From contig NC_057757.1 of the NCBI RefSeq assembly GCF_004010195.1, forward strand, positions 6,959,402-7,023,401: a DNA stretch of 64,000 nucleotides. The letters run 5' to 3'. Of this stretch, positions 24,001 through 36,393 are shown piece after piece. The first letter of the stretch is position 1; each line of letters opens with the position of its first letter. The DNA is from Chiloscyllium plagiosum. Taxonomy: Eukaryota. The position numbers and the translations under genes are program-made. A model generated the notes under the pieces. It was not told where the DNA came from and did no database searches. It saw only the letters and a program-made list of their open reading frames with translations.

Positions 24001-24108
24001 AGCTGCTGTTTCTTGTGCCGCTGTCGCATTCGGTTCTTCTGCTGCTGGTCCTTCTGAACTCTCTTGTTCTGCCTCTTGTTCTGACTTTGCGACTCAAGCC
24101 AGGAACGA
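24001..24108 (-). CDS. STAG3: STAG3 exon
   Basis: AG/GT, phase-compatible with both neighbours; RSWLESQSQNKRQNKRVQKDQQQKNRMRQRHKKQQL. Confidence 0.72.
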
Positions 24109-24318
24109 CTGGAGAAGAAGGGGGAAAAGGAAGAGGACGTTAGGTGCCTCACACAGGCAGCCACACAATCATACGGACAGCAAACTGGCTTCGGTGAAAG
24201 GGGTGTGGATGGAATACTCGTCGACAGTGTTCGTGGTGGAAATGAAAGACAGTCCCAGAAGCACTTCATTGCTTGCGAGAAGCCTGGCTTAATCTTTCAG
24301 ACTGCAACCCGAACCTAC

Positions 24319-24502
24319 CTTTGTGCAAATTCAGACTCTGACCCCTTCTCCGAATCCTGGTCATCAGAGCTCTGCAGACTTCTCGTGTCCCACTGGGGTG
24401 GTCTCAGGATGGTCGAGGTCAGTATCGGAGTTCTCAGTTTACCGCCCACGGGCATGCTGCCACCACTCTGCAGCCACACACCATCCGAACTCAGATCTGA
24501 AA
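24319..24502 (-). CDS. STAG3: STAG3 exon
   Basis: VSDLSSDGVWLQ...LRTPILTSTILRPP...GSESEFAQ (human TPTLTSTAV...GSELDFAQ). Confidence 0.82.
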
Positions 24503-25044
24503 CTGGACACAGACATGCAGACGTGGGCAGTCAGCAACACTCACAGCCTAATTAATTACAGAGATCCAGAAGCAGCCATGGTCCCCTCTCCCGTCCCACA
24601 CTATCTTCCCAAATGGGGTTCCAGGTCCAATTCTGCACCCATCAGCACAAAAACCAAACGCTTTGAAAGATGGGGTGGAGGCATGAAGCCAGTCAGGGAG
24701 ATCTATTTATTTTTTGTTTTACAGGATGCTGGCAAGGTTAATGCTTGTTGCTTATTCCCCATTGCCTTTTGAGACCAGCTAACAGTCAGCTACACAATGT
24801 GGGTCTGGGATAACACGTAGGTCAGGCCAGGTAAGGACATCAGTGATCTACAGGCAGTTCTGCGATAACACATTTTTCATTAATGCCATTGGGCGAATGG
24901 GGAATGCAGTTTCCAAAGCGTGAACTTTTAAAGTGTGTGTCAACTGTAGGGCGATTAGATTGCCAACATTTTTAGGTGTTGTTTGTACTCTGAGATTTTT
25001 GTCTAATCCCGGGTGGTGTGGGAACACCACTATCGCATGTTTAT

Positions 25045-25392
25045 TCATAGAATCCCCTACAGTGTGAAAATAGGCCCTTCGTCCCAGCAAGTCACACCAA
25101 CCCCAAAAGAGTAACCCACCCAGACTCATTCCTACCATATTACTGTACATTTAACCCCGGCTAATGCACCTAACCTACGCATCCCTGAACATTATGGGCA
25201 ATTTAGCATGGCCAATTCACCTCACCCGCACAGCTTTTGGATCGTGGGAGGAAACCAGAGAACCCGGAGGAAGCCCACGCAGACACGGGGAGAATGTGCA
25301 AACCCCACACAGACAGTTGCCCGAGGCTAGAATCGAACCCAGGTCCTTGGTGCCGTGAGGCTGCAGTGCTAACCACTGAGCCACCGTGCCAA
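25045..25392 (-). mobile_element. V-SINE (HE1-like); further copies at ~14830-15085(-), 27627-27975(+), 30330-30680(-), 31573-31867(-), 43590-43923(-), 50477-50805(+), 55005-55300(+)
   Basis: tRNA-like head ggcacggtggctcagtggttagcactgc and V-domain tgtgtgg..tttgcacattctccccgtgtctgcgtggg. Confidence 0.8.
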
Positions 25393-25881
25393 CCCGCTCT
25401 GTAACTGCCTGTATGCGGTATTCACAAATCAGATGGAGGGTCTGATGAAGGGTCGCTGGACTCAAAACACCAGCTCTGCCTTCTCTCCACAGATGCTGCC
25501 GGATCTAACTGAGATTTTCCAACGTCTTTATTTCAGTTTCAGGGTCAGCTTTCAATTCCAGGTTTTGTTTGGAGCCATTTTACTGAATTTAAATTTAATC
25601 AAATGCCAAGTTTGGATTTCAACCCACACCTCCGAAACATGAGCCTTGTTGGCTGGAATACTGGTTACTGGACTATTGGTTATCTTACTACGAGACCATT
25701 GTGTTTGTTGAGAGGGAAAGGATGCAGACTCATGGGGAGGAGCAGGATATTAGAAAGGGGGGCTTTGGAGAGGGTGCAGAAATCAGTGAGATGGAGCCCA
25801 AGGATGGGGACTGAAGGTGGGTTACAGAATCCTGGGGCAGGGAGGATGGTTTTGGGATGTTGCAGTCCTTCCACTTCTTAC

Positions 25882-26075
25882 CTTCCAGCCTCCTCCTCTT
25901 GGCAGACGATGTTGGTGCTTTTTTGCTGCGGGCACTCAACGTTCTGCTGCTGATCACAGACACAGTGTCATCTTCCCCCCGAGCCAGGAGCGAGCGACGG
26001 TACAAGGTCAGCGGGAGCCAGCCCTGGGTGCTCAGGTTGACGGGAGCCGGGAACGTCTTGTCAAGGTAGCCGAGG
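25882..26075 (-). CDS. STAG3: STAG3 exon (complete copy)
   Basis: AG/GTAAG; LGYLDKTFPAPVNLSTQGWLPLTLYRRSLLARGEDDTVSVISSRTLSARSKKAPTSSAKRRRLE. Confidence 0.87.
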
Positions 26076-26169
26076 CTGCGGGCAGAAGAGCGGGTTAGCA
26101 GAGCATCACCGCCAACACGGAACTGGGATGGCACGGCAGCTTACTGGGGGAGAGGGAAGGGGTTTGGTA

Positions 26170-26371
26170 CTGATCACAGACACGGTGTCATCTTCCCCCC
26201 GAGCCAGCAGCGAGCGACGGTACAAGGTCAGCGGGAGCCAGCCCTGGGTGCTCAGGTTGACGGGAGCCGGGAACGTCTTGTCCAGGTAGCCGAGGCTGCG
26301 GGCAGAAGAGCGGGTTAGCAGAGCATCACCGCCAACACGGAACTGGGATGGCACGGCAGCTTACTGGGGGA
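26170..26371 (-). repeat. Tandem partial duplicate (offset 220) of STAG3 exon 25882-26075 with acceptor but no donor
   Basis: 202 bp copy of 25950-26151 with 3 substitutions. Confidence 0.9.
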
Positions 26372-26640
26372 AGGTCAGTGCCTACTCAAATGGCCCAAAT
26401 GTCCTATTTCCACACTGTAGGAATTCTATGATACTGTGATCTGCCATCTCCCTACCATGTCAACATAGTCTTCTTCGACAATGCTCGTGTGAACTGTCTG
26501 GGATGTTGCGCTACACTGGAGATGCTACACAGATTATTTCTTGTTCCACATGCACAGACCCAGGAATAATCAACTGTGCAAAGTTGAACCCAGGCTCGCC
26601 CACACACCCTGTGTCCATGCACCTAACCTAGCTTACTCAC

Positions 26641-26769
26641 ACTGCCTTCTTGTCCTGACGCAGCAGTTTGACTGAGAATTCACTGATGACATCGAGGAAC
26701 AGCAGGTTCTGGGGAGGCAAGTCTGAAGCACTCGGATGATACTGCTGGAAGGCGAATCTTATCCCATCC
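26641..26769 (-). CDS. STAG3: STAG3 exon
   Basis: DGIRFAFQQYHPSASDLPPQNLLFLDVISEFSVKLLRQDKKAV. Confidence 0.9.
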
Positions 26770-28154
26770 CTACGATGAGAAGGAGCAGACCAGAGGCAGG
26801 AGAAAGTGATCAGAATACAGGCAAATAAATCAGAGACAAACTACAGATGGTGAATAAATGCTCGCAACCTTTATGTAAACACATTCACAGACGTGGATGT
26901 GATTGGCAAGGCCAGTATTCATTGCCCACCCTAACTGTCCTTGATAAAGTGATGGTCAGTGCCCTCTTGAACTGCTACAGAAACTGGCCTGTAAACGTTA
27001 GGGAGTTCCAGGATTTTGCCCCAGTGACACTGAAGTAATGATATACTTCCAAGTCAGGATGCTGTTTGGCACTGAAGGGGACTTGCAAACTGTGTTCCCA
27101 TCCTTCTGCTTGGCCCTTCCCAACAGAACGGGTTGGGGTCTGCACAGCGCTGTTGAAAGAGCCTTGGTGTGTTGTGGCAGTGTATCCTGTACATGGTCCA
27201 CGTTGCTGGCACTGTACACTGGTAGTGGAAGGAGTTAACTTTAACCTATAGTAGCCTGCTTAACAGGCATCCTATGTTGTGGATGGTTTTGAGCTTCTTC
27301 AGTATTGTTGGAGCCACATCCATCCAGATACAGGGGGAATATTCCATCACACTTGTGCCTTGTCAATGCCGGACAGGCTTTGCAGAGTCAGAGAAGGAGT
27401 TACCCACTATGAGATTCCCAACTTCTGTCCTAGCCATCTTTAAAGTGATACAGAGTTCAGCCAGAAACAATTTTTCTCAATTGATCTCCATTTCCCCTCA
27501 ACCCTAGAATTATTTGTACGCTTGTATTATTCGTAACGGCAACACGTGTAACGTGAAAAAATATTGTTTAAGTATCACCCTGCCCCAGACCATAAATGTC
27601 TGCAAGCCACTAGATCATATTCTCAGGTGGCACAGTAGCTCAGTGGTTAGCACTATGCCTTACTGTACCAGGGACCAAGGTTCAATTCCACACTCGGGCA
27701 ACTTTCTGTGTGAAGTTTGATATCCTCTCTGCTTGGGTTTCCTCAGAGTATTCCAGTCTCCTCCCACAGTCCAAAGATATGCAGGTTAGGGTGGATTGGC
27801 TGTGCTAAATTGCCCATAGTGTCAAGGGATGTGCAGGCTTTATGGATTAGCCATGGGGAATGTAGGGTTACAGGGATAGGATAGGAAGATGGGTCTCGGT
27901 GGGCTGATTTTCGGAGGGTCGGTGTGCACCTGATGGGCTGATTGGCCTGCTTGCACACTGTAGGGATTCTGTGATTCTCAGCCAATTATACGGATGCTTC
28001 CTGCAAACATTACAAGACTGAAAGCTCTGTGTGCCCACTGCATAAAACTATCGCAACATTCAAAACTGCACTTAGCATCCAGAGACACACATCCTGCTTC
28101 CTAAACCCTTCCCTGCCTTCCCCAAAACAGTCCAGATCCAAGTCCCATACTCAC

Positions 28155-28303
28155 AAATGCAGCGAGACCACAGACTGCCTGCTCTTGATCAGGTCTATCC
28201 CAAAGGTCAGTGCAAACCTCCTGCCGAGATCTTTAATGGTGCAGAAAGCAACAGAGGATCGGTCGATGACAGGGCCCTGATCTTGGACTAGTTCGTTGAA
28301 CAA
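28155..28303 (-). CDS. STAG3: STAG3 exon
   Basis: [49 protein letters not shown]. Confidence 0.92.
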
Positions 28304-28367
28304 CTAAAAGGTGAACGACAAAACACAGTGAGGACAAAACTGGTAAAATATAATGTCAAAAGGACTC

Positions 28368-28670
28368 TGTGTTGGGGGTGTCCAGAACTAGAGGGTATAG
28401 GTTTTGGGTTGGAGCGGGAAGATTTAAAAGGGACTTAAGGGGCAATTTTTTCACTCAGAGGGTGGTGAGTGTATGGAATGAGCTGCCAGAGGAAGTGGTG
28501 GAGGCTGGTACAATTCCAACATTTAAAAGGCATCTGGATGGGTCGATGAATAGGAAGGATTTAGAGGGATATGGGCCAAGAGCTGGCAAATGGGACTAGA
28601 TTGGGTTGGGATATCTGGTCGGCATGGATGAGTTGGACCGAAGGGTCTGTTTCCATGCTGTACATCTCTA
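28368..28670 (+). mobile_element. CR1 3' end
   Basis: SRTRGYRF...FTQRVVSVWNELPEEVVEAGTIPTFKRHLD...EGYGPRAGKWD*. Confidence 0.88.
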
Positions 28671-28808
28671 GGACTCTGTAGTTCAGAAGGATAGCAATGT
28701 ACATTTGGTGACCTTACCTGGCATTAGAACATACTGAATAGCTCATTGGGTTAAAAGGGAGTCGTTGTGCCTGTTGTGCTGGAAGACTGATCATGCTGAC
28801 ACACTCAC

Positions 28809-28910
28809 CTGCTGTAAACTGAGCAGGAGAGTCTTGGCACACTCCACTTTATCAATCAGCCGTGCTTTAGCCAACATCTCCTTGATAATGTCACCATAGT
28901 CACCATAGTA
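28809..28910 (-). CDS. STAG3: STAG3 exon
   Basis: [34 protein letters not shown]. Confidence 0.92.
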
Positions 28911-29540
28911 CTGCAATGAAGAGGACAGAGCTATCAATGTTTGACCCCAAACCATTGGTCCATAGGGCCCTATTCATTTGTAACTTGCTCAGCATCTCCC
29001 CAACTGCCTGTAAGCTGTCACTCCAATCCACATGCACCACTTGCTCTATATCCTCATACTTCTCAAAATTAAATGCACCCTGCTACCTCCAACCTACTGA
29101 CCTCAGAGAAAATGTAACTCTACTTCAGAATCCTACAGCCATCCAAAATCCTTCCCCAGCCCCTTGTTCATTTCTCCACCACGGAGCCTGTTACACTGTT
29201 CCCCCAGACTACACAGACCTTGTCCCGCTCATCCCTTACCCGACACCCACACCAACATATCTGAATCCACACCTTTCATTCTAGATCTCCAAATGTTCTT
29301 AGTGGTGGTGATGGGAGAAGAGAAACAAAACTTAATGGCCCGGCCCAGCCACCCACCCCAGTCCCTTCAACCAAGACTGAGCAGCCCCCTGCCACTTAGG
29401 TTGTGGTGAGTTGTTTGACCAATGGGGGCCATTGTGGTGGGGGAGATAGAATGCAAGCCCTGTGTGGCATCAGAAGTAGCTTCTCTCACCCCACTGAGCC
29501 ACCAGCCCTACAAGTCAGCGCTGGTCAGGACTACCCTTAC

Positions 29541-29665
29541 TTTCATGTAGTGTTTGAAGATGTCAGCTGCGGTCCTCAGATCCACCATGTTGTAGATGAC
29601 AAGTTTACAGAATCCAGCCAGGAAATTCCTCCTCTTGTGCAGCATCTCAATCTTCAACGTCTCAT
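29541..29665 (-). CDS. STAG3: STAG3 exon
   Basis: AAG acceptor; [42 protein letters not shown]. Confidence 0.88.
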
Positions 29666-31149
29666 CTTAATTCAAGGAAATCAAGGAAATTAATATTGAA
29701 CCAGAGCCAAGGGAAGTCCCACAACACGATAAAAGCTTTGAGTTGAAATCAACATGAACAGCTGCTAAGGGAGCTTGCCATTATCTCCCAAGCATCTGTA
29801 GATACGGGGGAGGCACCAGAATATTGGTGAGTGGCAAACATGGCACCCTTATCCAAGAACGGGTATGACGGAGAACAGAGTAACCATCGTGGGGTGGGCT
29901 GGGGGGTGGAAACTTAAGAAAAGCATTTGGAGAGGTTTGAATTAATTAAGGAGAATCAGCGCAGATCTATAAAAGGAAGATTGCGTTAACCTAATCTGAT
30001 TTAATTTTTGATTGAAGTACAGAAAAAACGTGGAACGTGTCGTCTACTGAGATATTAAGTGTTTTAAAAAAAAACTAACTACTCCTTATAAAAGGTTGGA
30101 TAACAAAATTAAGGCCCATAAAATAGACTAGTTAGCGTAAAGTTGGGGGAAAAAAATTCGAGAGCAAATCAGCTGGTCTTGGTAAATGGTTACTTTGTTT
30201 TTTTTAAAAAAGTCTCCTTAGAGGATAGTAGGCAGTGGTGTTTCCCTCAGGGTCAGTCCCAGGACTGTATTTGGTTTTGACATTGGTATAAATGGCTTGG
30301 GGTACTGGAATACAGATAAAATCATAACAGAATCCCTACAGTGCAGAAGCAGGCCATTTCATCCATAGAGTCCACACCAACACTCCAAAGATAATCCCAC
30401 CTGGATCCACCCCTATTAACTAACCCTATCCCCGTAACTCTGCATGTCCCATGGCTAATTTTACCTGACCTATACATCCCTGGACACTATGGATAATTTA
30501 GCACGGCCAATCCACCCTAACCTGCACATCTTTGGATTGTGGGAGGAAACCAGAGCACCCGGAGGAAACCCATACAGACACGGGGAGAATGTGCAAACTC
30601 CACACAGACAGTCGGCTGAGGCTGGAATCGAACCAGTCACCCAGACCCCGTGAGGCAGCAGTACTAACCACTGAGCCACCCTGACAACATTTTCTGATGG
30701 TATCAAACTTGGAAATCTGTCACACTTGGAGGATACCAATCCAGACTGTAAAAGGACAGAAATAGGCTGGCAGAATTGGCAGGTGTAAGAAATAGAATTT
30801 AACGCTGAGAACACAAGGTGATGCATTTTCACAGAAGGGTTAGAGAGAGGCAATGCAGAGTTAATGGCATTGTTCTAAATAGTGTGCAATCACATGGGGG
30901 CATTATAAAATTTATAAAGTTCTAGTTAGGTCACAACTAGAATAATGCATTCAGTTCTGGTCACCACGTTTTAGGAAGGTAAGCATCCCAGAGGGTTCCA
31001 GGGGTAAGGGATTTTAACTCCAAGGCAAGTTTGGAAACAGTGGAGTTGTTCACTTCCAAGAGAAGGAGTGACTTAGTTGCAGTCTACGAGATTATTGCAT
31101 GCTTCGACATAGCAGCTTTGTAAAAAGAAAACCTGCTGGAGTCCCTCAC

Positions 31150-31318
31150 CATCTCCATCCTCCTCCAGTTCCACAAACACATGGTCCATGACAAAACTTA
31201 GCAACTCAGACACCAGCGGAAGGTCAGCAGTGAAGACCAGGGGCTGGAGATCGTCGTGACCATCCCTCGTCATCTGCGAGCTGAAGATTACCAGCAAGTC
31301 ACACAGCAGGATGAAGGA
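31150..31318 (-). CDS. STAG3: STAG3 exon
   Basis: [56 protein letters not shown]. Confidence 0.92.
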
Positions 31319-32039
31319 CTGCAGAACAGCAAACAGGGAGATTACCAGCAGAAAGAGACAGTCATCAACCAGGAAATCCAGCACGCAGCTCAAAGCTATT
31401 GCACAATACCTGGAGTGTGATCTTTTGTGATTAATTCCACAGCACTGTCTGTCAGTGCACAGTTATTTCGTTATAAGGAGAGAGATTGTGTGAGCAAGCC
31501 GCAGGTTCTCAGACAACTGTTCACTGCCCAGCCCTGAGACTCTAAGACCGTACGTAGAATCGTAGAATAGATCATAGAATCCCTCCAGTGTGGAAGCAGG
31601 CCATTTGGCCCATCAACTCCCCACCCTGATCCAACCCATCCCTGCATTTCCCCATGGCCAATCCACCCAGCCTGCTCCTCCCCAGACACCACTGACAATT
31701 CAGCACGGTCAATCCACCTAACCTGCACATCTATGGACTGCGGGAGGAAACTGAAGCACCCAGAGGAAACCCACGCAGACAGTGTGCAAATTCCCCACAC
31801 AGACAGTCGCCCGAGAGTGGAATCCCTGGTGCAGTGAGGCAGCACTGCTAACCACTGAGCCACCGTGAAGGTGCTGCCTCTTGGAGAACAGTTCCACAGC
31901 TGCACATGTGTACAGAGGAGGGCAGCAGCAAGGTTGGAGCACTTCGGTGGGACATAATGAGGGTACCGATCGATGGGGAAGATGGGAATGGGATCTGACT
32001 GCACAAGGGCCCAAGCGCATTCAGCTTGCATTCACTAAC

Positions 32040-32132
32040 CTGCTCTCTCACTCTGGAGCTGACATTGGACAGGCCGTGCTGACACATTATGAAGACTTTG
32101 TTCCGTTGCTTCCTCAGTCTGATGATTTGCTC
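32040..32132 (-). CDS. STAG3: STAG3 exon
   Basis: EQIIRLRKQRNKVFIMCQHGLSNVSSRVREQ. Confidence 0.9.
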
Positions 32133-32597
32133 CTGTGAATAGCAACAAGTGCACATTTAGTGGTAATAAGCAGGTGTCTACCCACCCATCCCATTCCTCG
32201 AGACACCCCCTACCCTCCTCAGCCAGGCTCCAGCTCAGCTGATGGTGTCTTGAATGGTGTTTGTGCAGAGCAGGGGTAAATGGTCTGACAAGAGGATCTA
32301 TTAAGCAGTGCAACCTGACTGTATTTGGGAAGCAATTTGATTGGCCTATTCAGATTGCAAAGCTTTTGACAAATTTCCAAAAACAAACTGATGGGGAGGA
32401 GGGTCAATAACAAGGGGGCGTAATTTTAAGGTGAAAAGCAGGAGGGCTCAGAGGGGATTTGAGGCAAGTTATTTTCATCCAGAAATGTTGGCATTCTGAA
32501 ACGCACTGCCTGGAAGTGTAGTTGAGGTGGAAAACCTCAAAACTCTTTAACAAATACTTCAAGTGTCATGCATTCAAACGATCAGCTTAGTGACCAT

Positions 32598-33197
32598 AAG
32601 GACCCTCACCAACTTTTACAGATGCAACATAGAAATCATTCTATCTGGGTGCACATGGCAACTGCTCTGCCCAGGACCATAAGAAACTACAGAAAATAAT
32701 GAACACAGCCCAGAAGCCAACCACCTCCCAACCACAACCTTCCTGATGAAGGGCTTAATGTCTGAAACGTCAACTCTCCAGCTGCTCAGATGCTCCCTGA
32801 CCTGTTGTGCTCTTCCAGTGCCAGACTTCTCAACTCCCATCCATGGACTTCATCTACATTCCTCATTGCCACGGCAATGCTGCCACAACATCATCAAAGA
32901 CCCCCTCCATCCCCAGTAATACTCTCTTCCAACCTCTTCAGTCAGGCAGAAGATCTAGAAGCTTGGACACATGCAGGTTCAAGAACAGCTTCTTCCCTGC
33001 TGTTTTCAGACTGCTGAATGGATCTCTCCAATTTCAAATCTAACGTTGATCTTGCTGTTGTGCACCTCCTGTGGAGTTGCATGCCTCGCTCTAAGCGATC
33101 TGTACGTCCTTGTTTGTTATGATCTGCCTGTACTGCTCACAAATTGAAACCTTTAACTGTACTGTAGGTACAGGTGACAACAATAAATTCAATCAAA
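32598..33197 (+). mobile_element. Rex1/Babar-like LINE 3' fragment with an inserted Penelope-like end
   Basis: TLTNFYRCNIEIILSGC...GNCSAQDHKKLQK motif; aataaattcaatcaa tail; PLE-like piece ~32735-32840. Confidence 0.65.
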
Positions 33198-33702
33198 TTA
33201 AGTAGTGCTGGAAGGTGGGACGAGTGTAGATTTAGTGCAACTTTGGTGGTACAGACCGAATGGGCTAAAGAGCCTCTGCTGTGTCAAGCGGTTCTATTAA
33301 CCTAAACGTGATTCTCACGCCAAAACTGCAATGGGAGGCGCAAACTGCAATCAACAGATAACACTGACAAACCAAATTATCTGGGAACAAAAGATAATGT
33401 GCCATGCGCCTTCCTAATTGCTTACTGAAGCACAATATTAACATTGTGTTCCATGTGCAAGGACATGCAGGTTGTTCTGAATTCAAATATTGCTCTCCCC
33501 ATTCAAAAAAATATTCCGCTTGTGTTTTTCTGACTGAAGTGGATACGTCCACTTTGCTACACTGTATTCAGTTTGGCATGGTCTTGCCCACTGACTCAAA
33601 CCACCTCTCAGCTGCTTATTGTAGGTCCTCCTCGCTGCTTAGGATTACACCTGTCACTGCATGATCAATAAACTTCAAGACGTGGCACCTAAGTCAATAA
33701 TG

Positions 33703-34367
33703 TAGAGGTGCCGGTGTTGGACTGGAGTAGACAAAAATCAGAAATCATATGACACCAGGTTATAGTCCAACAGGTTTGTCTGAAATCACAAGCACAGCCC
33801 CTTCATCAGGTGAAGTGAAAGAGAAGAGCACACAAACACACAGTTTCTAGGTAGAGAGATCAAATGGTTATACAACCAGTGTGAATGGAGTGTCGAATAA
33901 TAGGTCTCTGCAGGTAACCAAGAGTGCCCTATTAACAACTCTCCTCTAATATTCTCAGTCCTTTGCTGTTCCTTAGTTCCACCCAAACTGAATCCACATG
34001 TAGATTTTCAGAGTTGAGAAGTCTAATGTCAATATCCCATCCTTCACAGTCAGAGGTCTCCATGCCTCCCTCAATCTGCCCATCCCCGATAAAAGCTAAG
34101 TATCCTCGATTATTTATTTTACAACTTGTTAATCATGTCACTTTAATGGCTATAACACCAAACCAGATTAGTTTGGGCACTCTTGGTCACCCAGAGATTT
34201 ATTATTTGACACTCCATTTGTATGATCTTTTGATCTCTCTGCCTATCAACTCTGTGTCTGTGCGCTCCCCTCTCTCACTACACCTGACGAAGGAGATGCA
34301 CTCCGAAAGCTTGTGATTTCAAATAAACCTATTGGACTATAACCTGGGTGTTGTGTGACTTCTGACT
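33703..34367. mobile_element. Penelope-like element with inverted ends and 13-bp TSD taagtcaataatg
   Basis: TSD at 33690-33702 and 34368-34380; inverted termini; hammerhead-like core at 34284-34315. Confidence 0.65.
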
Positions 34368-35261
34368 TAAGTCAATAATGCAGATTTAACCATCTCATTC
34401 TTCACACCACAAGAAATAGGAGCAGGAGTGGGCCATTCGGGCTCTCAAGCCTGTTGAACAGGATTGTGGTTGATCCAACTTTCCTCATGTCCTCTTTCCT
34501 GTGTTTTCCCTACAATCCTTTATTCCCTGACTGATCTGAGAATTTATCCCAGCCTTAAAGGACTCTGGGTAAGGAGTTCCAAAGGCTCAACCCTCAGAGG
34601 AAAGAAATTCCGCCTCATATATTCGGAGATATCTACCATGTTCGCTTTCTGTTTTAGTTAAGACCCCAGTTCCGGATTGAACCAAATTATTCCCAAACTC
34701 AATGTAGAATTTTACATCTTCCCTCAAGGTCCCTTTGATTTAAGATTATTCCATGACACCTCCTTACTGTACAGTACTGCATCTAAAACAGATCTTGGCC
34801 TTGGCTGATACCTCAACATATTGATGTAGAAAAATGCCTTTCATACTGATTCCACGGACACACCTTTCACACTTTTATTCCAAAATTTGGTCTGATCATT
34901 TTACAGAAAGATTAAGATTACTCTCTTACCCCGATCACGTGCATCGCAAATATCCTAAATTCTAATTGGACTTAAACTCAGTTACTCTCAGTGGTCCTCT
35001 CAGTGAACAACTCTCCTCTCATTCTCTGTCCTTTGCTGTTCCTTAATTCCACCCAAACTGATTCCACATGTCGATTTTCAAAGCTGAGAAGTCTAATGCC
35101 AACACCCTGTCCTTCATAGTCAGAAGTCTCCCTGCCTCCCTCTCCTCCTCCAATTTGCCTACCCGTAATAAAAGCTAAGCATCCTGGACTATTTATTTTA
35201 CAACTTTTGTCACTTTGCAACCACGTCACTTTAATGGCTATTGGACCAAACCAATTAGTCT

Positions 35262-35750
35262 GTGCAGTTTACACATCCAGGTTGTTCACTTAACAATTTT
35301 GACACTATTCCGGACAAAGCTGCCTGCTTGATTAGCACTGTGAGCACAAACGTTCACTCCCTCCCCACCAAAGTACAGGAGCAGCAGCATGTATCATCTA
35401 CAAGATGCACTGCAGAAATTCAGCAAGGCTTCTTAAACAGCACTTTCCAAACCCAATACCACTGCCATCGTGAAGGACAAAGGCAGCAGATACGTGGGAA
35501 GACCATGGCCTGCAAACACCCCTCCAAAACCTTCACCATCCTAACTTGGGGAATATTTAACTATTCCTTCAGTGTTGCTGGGTCAAAGTGCTGGGACACC
35601 CTCCCTCGTGACATTGTGAGTCTACCTACACCAAACGAACTGCAGCGGTTCAAGAAATCAACTCACCACAACTTTCTCATCAGCAACCAGTGAACGGCAA
35701 TAAATGTTGGCCCAGCCAGCAATGCCAACATTACAAAAATGAATTTTAAA
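35262..35750 (+). mobile_element. L2/CR1-group LINE 3' fragment (similar copies ~44380-44935, 48290-48660, 63330-63550)
   Basis: DTIPDKAACLIST...ttcaagaa..caactcaccac..cttctc...gcaataaatgttggcccagccagc tail. Confidence 0.7.
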
Positions 35751-36312
35751 AATGTTTTGTGCATTCAAAGATTGAACATAAACTTGGATAGTTTGCTCAG
35801 TGACTGAAACTTTTGTTACTCTCTCACTTTCTTCCTGACCCACTCTGCTTATTTACATCCAAAACCCACATCTGCTTGACAGTTCTCTCACAGCTTTTGG
35901 ATTTATCTACATATGATTTAGGAAGAGTAGGCCATTCAGCCCCTTGAGCCTGTTCTGCTGTTTGATAAGGTCATGGCTAATCCGATTGTGGCTTCAACTC
36001 CGGCTTCCCTGCCTGTTTCCTACACACTTGTGTCTGTCCTGTCAGCCAAGAATCTAACTGGGCCTGAAAAATATTTAATGACCGGGCCTCCAATGTTCTC
36101 TGGGGAAGAGAATTTCACCACAGCAACCAAGAACGGTCAGAGAAGCCAGCTGATACAAACTGCACACAAAATAAATAACATTCAGGATCTGTTCTGGGTC
36201 CATTATCTGTTATCAGCTTGGTTAAGCCCACATCCTCTTATCTGGATGGGGTGGAGAGGATGGTGTTGAGTGGCCAGCTGTGGAAGATCATCAGACAGGG
36301 GTTGCCTGTTAC

Positions 36313-36393
36313 CTTGGTTGCTGAATACTCCGAGATGACAGCCAGCGTCCAGAGGACGTGAAAGTGAGCACAGAGCAACGCTTGGACAATGAT
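36313..36393 (-). CDS. STAG3: STAG3 exon
   Basis: IIVQALLCAHFHVLWTLAVISEYSATK. Confidence 0.9.

Noticed and set aside
29666..29690. Apparent truncation or frameshift at the start of STAG3 exon 29541-29665
   Set aside because: An AAG acceptor at 29666-29668 gives the required phase-1 junction (GD|DETLKIE)
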